A stretch of 64,000 nt of DNA, from positions 70,804,001 to 70,868,000 of the forward strand of contig NC_043001.1 of assembly GCF_006345805.1 (NCBI RefSeq), given 5' to 3'. The stretch comes from Octopus sinensis (taxonomy: Eukaryota). Position 1 is the first letter of the stretch. The number at the start of each line of letters is the position of its first letter. The notes under the pieces are model-generated. The model made no database searches. It was not told the origin of the DNA and saw only the letters and a list, made by a program, of their open reading frames with translations. A program made the translations under genes and the position numbers. Below, piece by piece: positions 1 through 12,345 of this stretch.

Positions 1-644
1 GTTTAAACTTCCACTAAATAAAGAGATGTAAGATACATTGAGTGGTGTGAGTATACCTCTCACTCTATACATACATGCATAAAACATATATACGATATAA
101 GAAACTAACCGTTATATATATAACCACATATATTATATGGGAATATCTATTTATATCCCTGCTACAAATATAGTCAGATATATATTTAACATTACAATGA
201 TGGCTGCCACAGACTGATTGGGTCTGACGCAAAACAGATAAAAAGATAGCTTCTATATTCAAAGAGCAATCCACTGAGTATTATGTTGGAAGGACTTATT
301 TTGGTTGTATCCAATCTTTTGAAGACCGTTGTTGTCACGTCAATGTCAAGGGTAAGATTTTGCAGCTTTGGGGAGTTCAGAAAAAATATCGCTCTCGTTT
401 TCAGAATGTTGGCCGATTCACTATATAACTGCAAGCAACCTTACATTTTGTCATGATGACATGTTGAAAGGAACTAATTCTAGTTCATATGGCCAGTTAA
501 ATTGCGTATACAGGTAGTGAGGAAATGTATCCCAGCACAGAATTAAAATATGGGCGGGTGATCTCTCTTTTTCCGTTTCACAAACATATTATATGGGAAG
601 TTATCCAGTTCAGTTTTAAATAACGTTCAGTATTGGATAATATA

Positions 645-1532
645 CGAGGAGATACCCAAAAGTAACCTGAAACTTTCTCCGAGGGATAAGCCCGTTGTAG
701 TTCAGGCTTCTGCCATTGGAAGCCACTCTATGCAGCCCTCAAAAATATGTCTGTCGGCTGACAGGTTTCTGTGGGATTGTAATGAATGTGGTACGTCCTT
801 GTTTTGCTGTTTCTCCCCTGTTCGTCGATTTTTGCGATGGTTGAAACGAAGGAAGAGTGCTCTTGCGGGAAATTTTGTGTTCTGCTGGGGAAAACGACAG
901 CGGGCACAGTTGTTATGCTTCAAACATTAAAAGGACGCTGCCAAGAGCAAAACATAAGAGTACAACTAATTTCCACGCCTTAGGAATGGGTACATGTCGC
1001 TTGAAGACCAATTTCCTTTAGGGCGATCGATGACCTCCTGAACAAATAAAAACATCAAGAAAATTCATGAACTGATCTTGGAGGACCATCGCCGAACAAC
1101 TGACGAAGTTGTTGGTATGACTGGATGTGTCCTGGAGCTCCTGCCAATGAATTTTGAGAAACGATTTGTGAATGAAAATATTTGCAGGAAAATTTGTACT
1201 AATCTTGCTCACTGAGGTGAAATGATTTGTTTACCAAAAATGACATTACCCCGCTTACCTACCCCTCCTATTCAGCAAATCTTGCTCCCTGCGTCTTTTT
1301 TTGTTCCCCTGAATGAAAAAGTCCTTAAAGGAAAACCGTCTGCTGAAGTGAAGATGTGAAGAAAATAATGAAGGAGGCGTTAAAAGCCATCAGTTCGCAA
1401 GGTTTTCAGAATGCTTCAAACAGTGGAAAATGCGTCTGAACCGATGCATTGCTTCAAATGGAGAACATTGTGAACGCGATAAAAGTGCAAACATGTAAAA
1501 GTGTATAAAATAATATTGCGAAATTCCAGAGA
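645..1532 (+). mobile_element. Decayed mariner (Tc1/mariner) DNA transposon
   Basis: Starts TA|CGAGGAGATACCCAAAAGTAACC (TIR-like). Remnant transposase motifs: YSPDLAPCDFFLFP-like at ~1270-1310 and ECFKQWKMRLNRCIASNGEHCE at ~1408-1475. Many stops and frameshifts; right end runs into microsatellite. Confidence 0.85.
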
Positions 1533-1534
1533 CA

Positions 1535-1718
<184 letters not shown>

Positions 1719-1819
1719 GTAGTAATGCTTCAACAATTAGAAAAGCACTCAGAGGAGAGTGTAAAAATAATCTTAGAATAAAAAGTTACAAACCTTGCAA
1801 TAACAACAATCTAGGTTTT

Positions 1820-2635
1820 CCTGGTAGAAATAATAATTCATTCCGCCATTTATCAAGGACACAGCAGAAGTGTTTGTCAGTTGTCTTTTGGACCGACAAT
1901 GCGTGAAGAAAAGACGCTTGTAAAGAAGCGGAAAAGTAAATACAACGGAGGTAACCAATGTTACGCTAATTCGATACCAAGCAGACATAAACCAGATGGT
2001 AACAGTTTACAAAGTGTCCGATTGTCAACTTTTAAATTCCGACAAGATGTATTTTTTGAAGCGTAGACATAAATGTAGACTAGGGGTGCCCCAGTATGAC
2101 CACAGCCTCAGGGCTGAAACATAAAATTATAAAGAAAAGATCTCATTCCTTGAACGAGTGTATTTGTTGGAGTTTCTAAAATTTTAATCTGCAAATTTAA
2201 AGACGAAGTGACCCATTCGATATCAAATGGAAGATCTTCTCGAAATCCAGACGCTATATTAACAGCTAGAAGAAATGTTCTGTGTCTTCGCTTGAAAAAT
2301 TGTACTGTTAGAATAGAAACACTTGAGAAAGTCCAAAGAAATACACATATTCGAAGAACGAGATTTTTTTTCTTTATATTCACATTTCAAGATTAACATC
2401 TTATAGGAATTTAAAAGTAGAGCACCGGACACTTAGTAAAACATTTGCTTCTGGTTTACGGTTGCTTGACCTCGAATTATTGTAAAGTTGGTTCTTTCCC
2501 TTATGCTTTCCTTTTTGTCTTCTTCTTTTCAAGCGTCTCTTGTTCAAAGTTATTTATTGAAAAGACAAGTGACAAACGGTCTTGTTTTCAGCTTTATAGA
2601 TGGCGGAATAAATTATCTCGACAAAGAAAACCAGG
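1820..2635. mobile_element. Old MITE-like element with ~220-bp diverged inverted arms, interrupted by a SINE tail (~2083-2140)
   Basis: 1835-2050 (TTCCGCCAT..AAGACGCTTG..AAGTGTCCG..ACTTTTAAATTCC..AAGATGT) aligns to the reverse complement of ~2395-2615. Confidence 0.65.
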
Positions 2636-2642
2636 GAGTGTG

Positions 2643-2696
<54 letters not shown>

Positions 2697-3334
2697 TGTG
2701 TGGCACGTTTTCAACAAGTTTTATAGTATTCGATCAGCTAAGACTGTAAAGATATTATTATAAAAAACTCTCATGAAATTCAAGCACCCAGTGTTACCTG
2801 GTCGAAATAAAAAATTATTTCGCCATTTTGTATGCTGTAAAATACAAGATGGTTTATTAATTGCGTTAGAAACAGTTGACGTTTAAATGAGAACATGCAT
2901 AGAGGAAAAAACAAAGAGAAAAAAATCAATACTATTCCATTGAGGCAGTGACATAAGAACTCTACTTACTTACTGTAAAAATATGGAAAATGTGTCTTCA
3001 GCTGGAAGACACCTACCTCTCTGGATTAAGAATGCAATCTCACAAATCTTGAGCTCGATCCATTTGAATTAATTTTAACTAATCCTCTTAATTCGGATTT
3101 GAATGGGTCACATCGACCTACTTTTTCCTGTCGAGGTCTTATATCTCCCATTATTATACTTTTATCTTTAGTCATTGCCCAGTGATTGCTATAAGCTTTA
3201 AGCATATAAAATACAGTTATTATTATTGACAGAATTGTAAAAGTCGACACGGCTTAAAAACCATTCATCGTAAAACCACATGAAAGTTTGTTTACAAAAA
3301 CAACTACGAAAGAATTATGACAGAAAAAAGCAGG

Positions 3335-3420
3335 AAGGTTCGCTAGTGTAACCGGTAGCACACTTGGTCGCGTAAAAAGAAAGGTGTGGGTTTGAGTCCA
3401 ACGCATACGGAAGAACAACT
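3335..3420 (+). mobile_element. tRNA-derived SINE head fragment
   Basis: A-box-like TAGTGTAACCGGT and B-box-like GGTTTGAGTCC at tRNA-like spacing; no complete cloverleaf. Confidence 0.4.
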
Positions 3421-3814
3421 TTTTTTCTGACGAGGGCTTATATGCTCTATTATTAGGCTATTTTCTTTAGTCATTCAGCGGTGATCCGTATGAGCTTTAA
3501 GCTTATAGAATAATATGTGTGTGTGTGTGTTATATTGTTATATGTTATCTGTATGTATATACGTTGTGTATATATAAGTACATATATGTATGGATGTGTG
3601 TATATATGGATATATATGCGTATATGGGTATGTATATAAATATATATGTATGTATACACATATATGTACGTATGAGAGTGTGTATATATGTGTGTGTATG
3701 TACGTATAAACATATATATATATATATATCAATAACAAAGTCACTATGATCTGGTGCAGCCAGAGGATAAGTATCCTTAGAGGGAAAAACTCCAATGGAG
3801 AGGTAGAGTGACTG

Positions 3815-3854
<40 letters not shown>

Positions 3855-4157
3855 GCGTGGTATATGTGCGAGTGTGAGCATACATGCATGTATAATTACA
3901 TATATGTATGTATGCATATATGTGTAAGTACATGAAAAGGTATAAAAATCAAGAGACATATAAGTTTATTAGTATGATTTTGATTTTGATTTTTCCAGTT
4001 TCAGCTAATGAGCTGTGGCCATGCTGGGGCACCGCCATTTGTATATATATATATATATTATATATATATATATATATAATAACAATGTAACAAATAAAAC
4101 ATATGCATACATACATACATATATGTACATACCTACATCTATATGCATATATATATG

Positions 4158-4249
<92 letters not shown>

Positions 4250-4251
<2 letters not shown>

Positions 4252-4860
4252 GATATAGGATAAAATTTTTTTCGGAAAAAATTTTTATCAATGGCCAGCA
4301 TATCAAAAAAATGCCTTTAAAGGTAAAGTTTATACATAATTTACAAGATAAGGGCAGATGAAAAATTCTAATGCCAGATACGCCGAAACAAAAAAATTTG
4401 TCGATAACCATTAAATGTATGCGTCTCGAAACAAACCGATAGAAATCTCTAAAAAAATTCGTTATTACCCTATTGGTCCAATTTCCGGGGTTAATTCACA
4501 AGAAATTTCCCCTCTTCAGCGGCACATACGCGAGATATAAATGAAATACTTCTTCATACCCACGGAAAAAGCAAGCACCAAGTCCCACGCAGACATAAGT
4601 ACCCCAAATATATCCAAAATAGAATAAGTATAGTGGGTATGAATAAGTATTTCATTTATATATCGCGTATGTGCCGCTGAAGAGGGGAAAATTTATTGTG
4701 AATTAACCCCGAAATTGGACCAATAGGGTAATAACGAATTTTTTTAGAGATTTCTATAGGTTTGTTTCGAGACGCATAAATTTAATGGTTATCAACAAAT
4801 TTTTTGTTTCGGCGTATCTGGCATTATAATTTTTCTTCTGCCCTTATCTTGTAAATTATA
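4250..4860. mobile_element. Foldback element B with hammerhead motif, inserted in a (TA)n tract
   Basis: Near-identical inverted arms ~4335-4563 / 4633-4860 with a ~70-bp spacer; (TA)n on both sides. Confidence 0.8.
4672..4730 (+). ncRNA. Minimal hammerhead ribozyme motif (mirror copy on - strand at ~4466-4524)
   Basis: CTGAAGA-GGGG..CCCC-GAAA-TTGGACCAA-TA; stem I weak. The mirror copy has an extra G before GAAA. Confidence 0.65.
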
Positions 4861-4866
4861 TATATA

Positions 4867-4915
<49 letters not shown>

Positions 4916-5346
4916 TACAGGAGACCACAAATAAACGTAGAACACAACGAGAAACGAAAACATAAAAACAAACAAGGAAACATACTTTTTTTAACAACGA
5001 AAAAACAGAGTACAAGACAAACAATACAAGGAATATACCCCTTCGTCAGCTGCCCCTGGTTCTACTCAATGCGTGTTTCGAAGGTAAGGGCTTCTTTCCT
5101 TTTTTACCCCTCTGCAAAAGAAGTTTATTTAATTCATTTTGCAGGAAGGACTGCTTCGGCCGGATCGTGTTCTGCACTTACCTTCGAAACACGTATTGAG
5201 TCGAACCAGGGGCAGCTGATGAAGGGGAATATTCCTTGTATGGTTTGTCTTGTACTCTATTTTTTCGTTGTTAAAAAAAGTCCGTTTCCTTGTTTGTTTT
5301 TATGTTTTCGTTTTTCGTGTTCTACGTTTATTTGTGGTGTCCTGTA

Positions 5347-5402
<56 letters not shown>

Positions 5403-5522
5403 TGTATATATACATATAGATGTAGGTATGTACATATATGTATGTATGTATGCATATGTTTTATTTGTTAAATTGTTATTATATGACTGAGCGCCTCGCA
5501 TCGTTTCTTATCCTCTAAGTAC

Positions 5523-5571
<49 letters not shown>

Positions 5572-6404
5572 GTGTGTGTGTGTGTGTGTGTGTGTGTCTA
5601 CGTGTGTATATATGCACATACATTGTGTGTGCGTATGTGTGTGTATGTGTGTGTGTATGTGTGTGTGTAAACATGATCCCATCTGTGAGTACTGAATTGA
5701 TGACCTCACCACACAGGTCAACCTTTGACAAGAACGCAAGTATACTGACCGTTGCTATATTTCCCATGTGGTAATTCTTGATTGACTTAAATGTCTCCAT
5801 CCGACTATTCTCAATTAGTATTAATCTCATTTTTTTAAATTTTTAATTTTATATATTTATTTTTTATAGGTTTCATTTACTTTTTTCTCTTCTCCCTCCC
5901 TTTCTTCGCCTCCATTCTTCCTTCGTTTTGTTGTTATGGTTGTTGTTGTTGTTGTGGTTGTGGTTTTTGTTGTTGTTGTTGTGGTTGTGGTTGTTGTTGT
6001 GGTTGATCTTCGAAATTTTTATTGCTTGATTTCATATTCTATTTTATTTTTTTATTATATATTTTTTATGCTCTTTCATCTTTCCTGTCTATATATTTTT
6101 TGCATATATACTTGTAAGAAAAACTTTTTGCCATTTAAGCAACCTGTAAAACATGCAGTTTTCAGCTTGAAACTCACTGTAAACGTTATTATTAAGATTG
6201 AAATAAAAATTATTCCCTCAAAAATGCCACCTCTACTCGTTCGTTCAAATACACACACACACTTATACATTTATATATATATATATACATGCATATATGT
6301 ATTATATAAGTATACATTAAAGATTACACTCAGCTTATTTCCAAGAATTAAAGTTTCCTTGCTATATACTAATATCTACGCTGTCAGAAACTCAGTAAAG
6401 AAAT

Positions 6405-6645
6405 AAATTATTCATTCCTTTATTGCCCACAGGGGGATAAACATAGAAGGGTCAAACAAGGACAGACAAATGGAATAAGTCAATTACATCAACTCCAGTG
6501 CATAACTGGTACTCATTTAATCTACATCGAAAGTAAGAAAGACAAAGGCCACCTCGGCAAAATTTGAACTGAGAACGTAACGCCACACGGCATGCCTCTA
6601 GGCAATTCCCCCGGCGTGCTAACTATTCTACCAACTCGCCGCCAT
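6405..6645 (-). mobile_element. tRNA-derived SINE (octopus-type)
   Basis: Diverged match to the copies at 27464 and 30037 (..AACTGGTAC..AAATTTGAACT..GCTAAC..CTCGCCGCC). Confidence 0.8.
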
Positions 6646-7039
6646 AAAGAAACAGCATATTGCAAGCGCTAAATACGAAATAATTTTACATGCCGATTGT
6701 TCTTTTACATTGTTTCCAGTAGTAAAACATAATCATTGAGAAATTAATTCGTTTTCTCATAGAACAATTTAATTATTGCTCTCTCTTATTTTCATATTAG
6801 GGAGGAAAATATATAAAATATATTTCGTTTCTTTCTTTTCTGAAAAAAATTTTCATTAACAAGAATTCAATTCTTTTATATTGTGAATACTTTTAACATT
6901 TAATATGCTATGATATTTCTTTACCTCTTCTGTGGTTTCTTATAATCTACTAATGTGTCTAAGAATTTTTCAGCATTGAGTAACTGGATAAAAGACATTG
7001 TGTATTAATGAAATCATTAAAATACTCATGTAAGAATCG

Positions 7040-7298
7040 CTTTAGTGTGTAGTCAATCTGGCAATTTACACTTTAGCACACAGTCTAATCCTCATCCTAG
7101 CATTAACTGTAACACTAATCCCTAAAATTAACATGAACCCTAAATCTTAAAACCTAAACCCTAGCCATAATCCTACGCTCTAATCCTAACACCAAACTTT
7201 AACCCTATCTATAATCTTAAACCTAAACCTAATCCTAGTCCCAATCAGGTAATTTCACTGCGTAGAGTACAGATACTGCGGTAGACCACACACTAAAG
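7040..7298. mobile_element. Small TIR element enclosing degenerate telomere-like (CCCTAA) repeats
   Basis: CTTTAGTGTGTAGTC (7040) and GACCACACACTAAAG (ending 7298) are inverted repeats; the interior 7085-7245 is rich in CCTAA/ACCCTA units. Confidence 0.55.
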
Positions 7299-7777
7299 TA
7301 GCATCATCTACACTTAAAATCAGGAAGACAAAGAAACTGAAAGAGAGGAGGGAGGAGAAACTAGTTAAGAGTTACAATGTTTTCTATGGAAATTGTACTA
7401 AATTTTCAATAACGAATTCGTTTTCTTTTTCTGCCAAAACGATATTTTATATTCCAATCCATCTGCCATATATGTTTTTCTATTATTGCTATTTTCTTCT
7501 TAGAATCTACTAAATTTTGTTTAGATAGGCGTTCGACATAGATAAACCACATGCATGGTCTTATCACATTGTTGCCCACTGACATAGAGGAATGCCTAAC
7601 GCCGCTACCTTCGTGTAAATGAAGGTGTCAATTTCGCTTGATGCAGTCATTCGACTGCAGGCAATTTGGAGGAACCAACCTGAAGGATTTAGTCAAACAA
7701 TTCCACCCCGTCTACTTATTATTTGTTAAAGTCCGGTACATACTATCTCTTACTTTCTCTCTCTCTCTCTTTCTTAT

Positions 7778-7854
<77 letters not shown>

Positions 7855-8016
7855 TATAGATAGATAGATAGATAGATAAAGAAACGTACTACACAGTATA
7901 TATATTCGAAACGTAAAAGACTTGTTTTATTTATATTCCTGAGCGCCATACTAATACAATTGTTTGTTTGTATTCCACCTGCCTTCGTCTTTTGGTTATT
8001 TTCATAAAGCTTCCCG

Positions 8017-8066
<50 letters not shown>

Positions 8067-8114
8067 GGAGAGAGAGAGAGAGTGAGTGAGAGGGGAACAG
8101 AGAGAGAGAGAGTA

Positions 8115-8734
8115 AAATGTATTTTCCAACGTAAATTGGCAGTCCTAGTTAGGATGATGTTACTACCTTCTTTAGCCCCTGGAAAACATCTTTTCCAGCT
8201 GGCTGCCGACACATTACTGCGTTCTTATGACTCGAACAAGAGAGCTAATGTTCCCATCTAGACTTAAAATGTACCTCTGGACCATGGTTTCCGCCTTATT
8301 TCTCTTCATCGGTACAGGATAACCGTTGGTTCGAGATGACAGCACTAGGTCTTGTTCGAGGTATATACTTTTAAAGTGACATACAGTCACTGATCTCGTA
8401 GAGACGAAATATTTAGTTTGAGATCTGTTAGCGAGAAGTAAGTAGCAACAGTACTACGTTGGTAAATCTATTTGCCAACATACATTGGCAGTCTTGGTTA
8501 GGACGACGTTACTACCGTTTAAGGCTGAGTGGAGACATTAGCGCCCTTGTTGGAAGCATAAGAACGCAGTTGTACGTCGGCGGCCAACTAGAAAATATGT
8601 TTTCCTGGGGCTAAAAAAGGTTGTAACACCCTCCTAACTAGGCCTGCCAATTTACTTTGGCAAATAAATTTTATTTTGTAGTACTGTTACTGCTTACTTC
8701 TCGCTCAGCGAGTTAAAACTAAATGTTTACTTCT

Positions 8735-8735
<1 letters not shown>
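8115..8735. mobile_element. Family C element (TTTAGCCCC[A/T]GG terminus) with partial tandem plus inverted ends and a degenerate hammerhead
   Basis: 8115-8215 is inverted to 8575-8670. 8405-8520 partly repeats the left end directly and is inverted to 8620-8730. The - strand reads CCGATGA..GAAA-CCATGG-TC at 8280-8312. Confidence 0.7.
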
Positions 8736-8777
<42 letters not shown>

Positions 8778-8778
<1 letters not shown>

Positions 8779-10562
8779 TAGCTGTGTGTAAATACCGGCG
8801 TTTCCCGGAATCAAGTCTATCCATATCGTCTTTGGTGTGGAAAGTAGACCATGAATCGAGCATACTTCTGAAGCAGTAATTCCTTTTCTCAAACAATCGA
8901 GTCTATGCTCTTTTGTCCTTTTACCTAATATTGAGCATGCAGCGAAGAACCATTGTAACACGAATGTTCAGAAAACGGAAAGTATTTACCGTTCTCTTTG
9001 TTGTTGCGACTTTCAGTGTTTTCCCGTTTTTGGCGAAAGCAAAAAGATCCGTCTTGCTTCCCACTCTTGAAAAGCCAACATAGAGTTGTCCGTGTGAAAA
9101 GCATGACTCTTCCAAAAGAAGACCAGCCACAGATAGCGTTTGGCCTTGGGACTTGTTGATGGACATCGCAAAGCTGACACGGAGTCTTCGAAATGAAAAG
9201 GGAATGTCCGCTCCTAATGGAATGAAGCGAATTCTTGGAATCGTACCCTTATCCACATCCCGTTAAAATGGTCGCTTCGATGACGTGGGGTATATTTTTT
9301 TTGTAACTAGTTGTGTACAATTACAGAGTCGCTCTGGTTCCAGATTCTGAAGCAGCGTTATCGGAGTTCCTTCCTTGAGTCCCACTGCATGTGTAGACCG
9401 TGAATATGAGCTAATGCAGTTTCGCACCTCTCCTTGAAAAATGCATATTTTTGAAATTTTTTTCGGATTGCTACGTTTTAGACATCGGAGATTACGAATA
9501 TGTAAAAAAAAATTAACCCCACCACCACTCCTACACCCTTAAAGTTTTGAAATTTTTTCGAAATTTTTTCTTATATTTTAGATGACTTAGATTCCGGATA
9601 CGCAAGAAACCACGTTTTGAAACTTTTAAATTCGATAAGCATATAGATATGTGCATATAGAGATATAGAGATGAATGTCATCCTGGGGCTAAAAACAACA
9701 GTAGCACCGTCTTCTATAGGACCACCACATTTAGTTAAAAAATGTATTTTATGAATAAACCGACAGGGATAAATAGATAGACAGATAAATAAATATATGG
9801 ATGAAAAAGTTCAAAATTCAAAATTGGGGAGGGAGTGAAATTTGAGCCCATTATTAAAATTTATAACATTAATATTTGTTTCTCATAAAATGGTGTATTT
9901 CATTTACATTCAATTCTTATTTACACAATTAAGCGCAAATTATCTTCACTTTAATGCTTTTGTCTGGATTTAATTTCGATTTGCATATGTTCGTCAAATC
10001 GCTACGATTTCTTTAAAGTAAACAAAATCAAAATGTTGATTGGGGTGGGGGTAGAAAAGGTGGGGTGGAAGAGATGGAGGTAGAAGAGGTGGGTTGACGA
10101 AAGTTAAAAAATTTGGGGGGATATTCGTAATCTCCGACATCTAACACGTAGGAATCCGAAAAATTTCATTTTACAAGGGTAAGTTCGAAACTGCATTAAC
10201 CACCAGCCGTGAATATATATATTCGATTTTTTTCTATCTCTCAAAGGGAGTGCCCTAAAATGATGCATTATTTTGCAACCTCTGGCCAAGAGCCTAATGC
10301 ATATTTATTTCAAATTTGAGCTAAATTGGGTGTATGGTTCCGGAGATAAGATCAGAAACGTCTTTTTTTGAGTCGGTTTTTTTTCAGTCCTGTACTCAAA
10401 GGAAATAAAATTTGAAAAATCGATATACCAGTAGCACTTCTTGGACAAAAATACATATGTATGTGAAATTTTGTGAAAATCGGACAAATGGTGTTGACGT
10501 GATGTGCAAGCCCCTACACAGACACTCACACAGACAGACATCCTCCATTTATTATATACAGA
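8778..10562 (-). mobile_element. Non-autonomous Helitron
   Basis: On the - strand: A|TC 5' end at 10562 (TCTGTATATAATAAATGGAGGATGTCTGTC), 3' hairpin CCGGGAAACGCCGG then CTAG|T at 8781-8778; contains a PIF1 remnant. Confidence 0.85.
8975..9390 (-). pseudogene. PIF1-family helicase C-terminal fragment (Helitron RepHel)
   Basis: IPRI...FAMSINKSQGQTL...CFSHGQLYVGFSRV are canonical PIF1 motifs V/VI; an upstream LKEGTPITLLQNL..LCN lies in another frame. Confidence 0.9.
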
Positions 10563-11884
10563 TAATTAACTTATAAATCTAAATATTCTGTTTACAATGA
10601 AATGCAGCAAAAGCAACTCTCATTCATCGATATTTTGATGAAAACGTCTAAAATTATATCGAAACCGATGTCTATTATAAACCAACAGGCTCATGACACA
10701 AGAAACACATTAAAATAGATATTCTCTTTGATTTAGCGAAAAGGATTTGCACAACAGAGTCTGATGCAAATACTCGGGACCTTCGACTTGAGGTCATTTG
10801 AACCACACTAGAAATAGATATCAAATAGAAAATAGATATCAAAACACTAAGAGAAACAAAACGAAATCCCACACCGCATCAACACATACTACCCTATATA
10901 TCGAAACACAACCCTAGAAACAATGGCGTATCCATCTTCATTATTGAAATCTTACCTATGCTCATTAGGGACCCAAAGATGAACCACATTCTACAAATAC
11001 ACAAAATCAGCAAAAGTGAAAAATAACAACCTAAATCACTATAAATGAGGAGTAATACCCACCAAAAATGCACCCAATATTTTAAGACGTGGGCGTGCAA
11101 AACTTTGGGACATAGTCCAACCTACTGGAAGGTTTGGAATTCCACTTGAAACAAGAGCAAAGATTCACAATTAATATTAATTTCACTTGTGCAGCCGAAA
11201 ATTTTAATTAATGTGATAACTTGTTCAGGATATGGCACAACTATATAGGCACATCAGACTGTCTCTTAGACGGAGAACCACACTTTATAAAGAAGATTCG
11301 TTCCCCACACTATAAACAGATACGTTTAAGTGAACACATAGAGAGATGTGCGGGTAATTTGCAGCCAAACGTCGCGGTTTTTCTAATGAACCAGTGCAAG
11401 AAAGCAATCTCTATACAACATCGATGATATAGAATATATTTATTAAAAAATACAAACCATGCCTGAACGCATAACCAACTTTTGATTCTTAAACCATTGA
11501 TTCTTAACCAACTTTTGATTCTTACAATTTGTGAAAGCATAAACTTTTACATATTTTATTCCGCTATTTTAATTCAGGAATTTATAACTTCGTAGTATAA
11601 ATGTCATAAATTTACCCTTCAAGAAAGTGTACCCCTAAAAAAGTGCAATTAAATTCACTGTTTCCAATAATAACAATCACTAATTATCTTCCCTTATATT
11701 TATTTATATAATTATTCATTTCCGAAGAAATTCTCATGCATCCAGCATGGACTAACAACTTCTTTAGATACTACAAAACTGCAATAATTTCACCAGTTGT
11801 CCAGTTATGAATAGCAGAACGTGAGACCAGTAGACTCTGCCAGTAGTCTACCTTGTTGTGACACACTTCGTTCATGAATGAACA

Positions 11885-12345
11885 TGTGATTGCACAAGTC
11901 TGGGCAAGGTTGTTTATGGAAGACCAGCAGTCGGCCATGCATACCAGGCTCCCCTCTCCACGTCACCGATGTTGTCCAATGTCGTTCATCTTTGGGTCCC
12001 TAGTGAGCAAACGCCGATAGAGCTTGGCTCGAGTGACGTCGCAGCTCATTTATTAAAGTGCAAGTGGCTAAGTTTCGGGGAGATTCTTGGGGAGATTCAG
12101 CGTGACATAGAGTGTGACAAAGCTGGCCCTTTGAAATACAGGTGCAAGAGAAACAGGAAGAAAGAGTGACAGAAAGTTGTGGTGAAAGAGTACAGCAGAG
12201 TTCACCACCATCCCCTGTTGGAGCCTCATGGAGCTTTAGGTGTTTTCGCTAAATAAACACTCACAATGCGGTCTGGGAATCGAAACCACGCTCCTACGCC
12301 CGTGAGTCCGCTGTCCTAACCACTGGGCCATTATGCCTCCACTAA
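11885..12345 (-). mobile_element. tRNA-derived SINE
   Basis: - strand head GTGGAGGCATAATGGCCCAGTGGTTAGG...GGTTTCGATTCCC (A and B boxes) followed by a GC-richer body. Confidence 0.75.

Larger units (their letters stand above)
4075..5485. mobile_element. Foldback element family A (Penelope-like, non-coding), hosting a second nested foldback
   Basis: Inner arms 4914-5090 / 5174-5350 and outer arms ~4075-4160 / ~5400-5485 are reverse complements. Same family as 33283-34390 and 40283-41240 (shared TCCTGTAC and CTGATGA-containing blocks). Confidence 0.75.

Noticed and set aside
192-640. Possible exon or fossil ORF on the - strand
   Set aside because: No recognisable domain, and the frames are inconsistent.
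1860-2350. Apparent RdRp motifs A-C on the - strand (ISLDFLKC, LGIELA, GPKDN)
   Set aside because: The B/C-like words lie inside one arm of a non-coding inverted repeat, are broken by stops, and are separated from the A-like word by a SINE tail; chance resemblance.
12270-12345. tRNA-like sequence
   Set aside because: SINE head; no complete cloverleaf, and it is fused to a repeat body.
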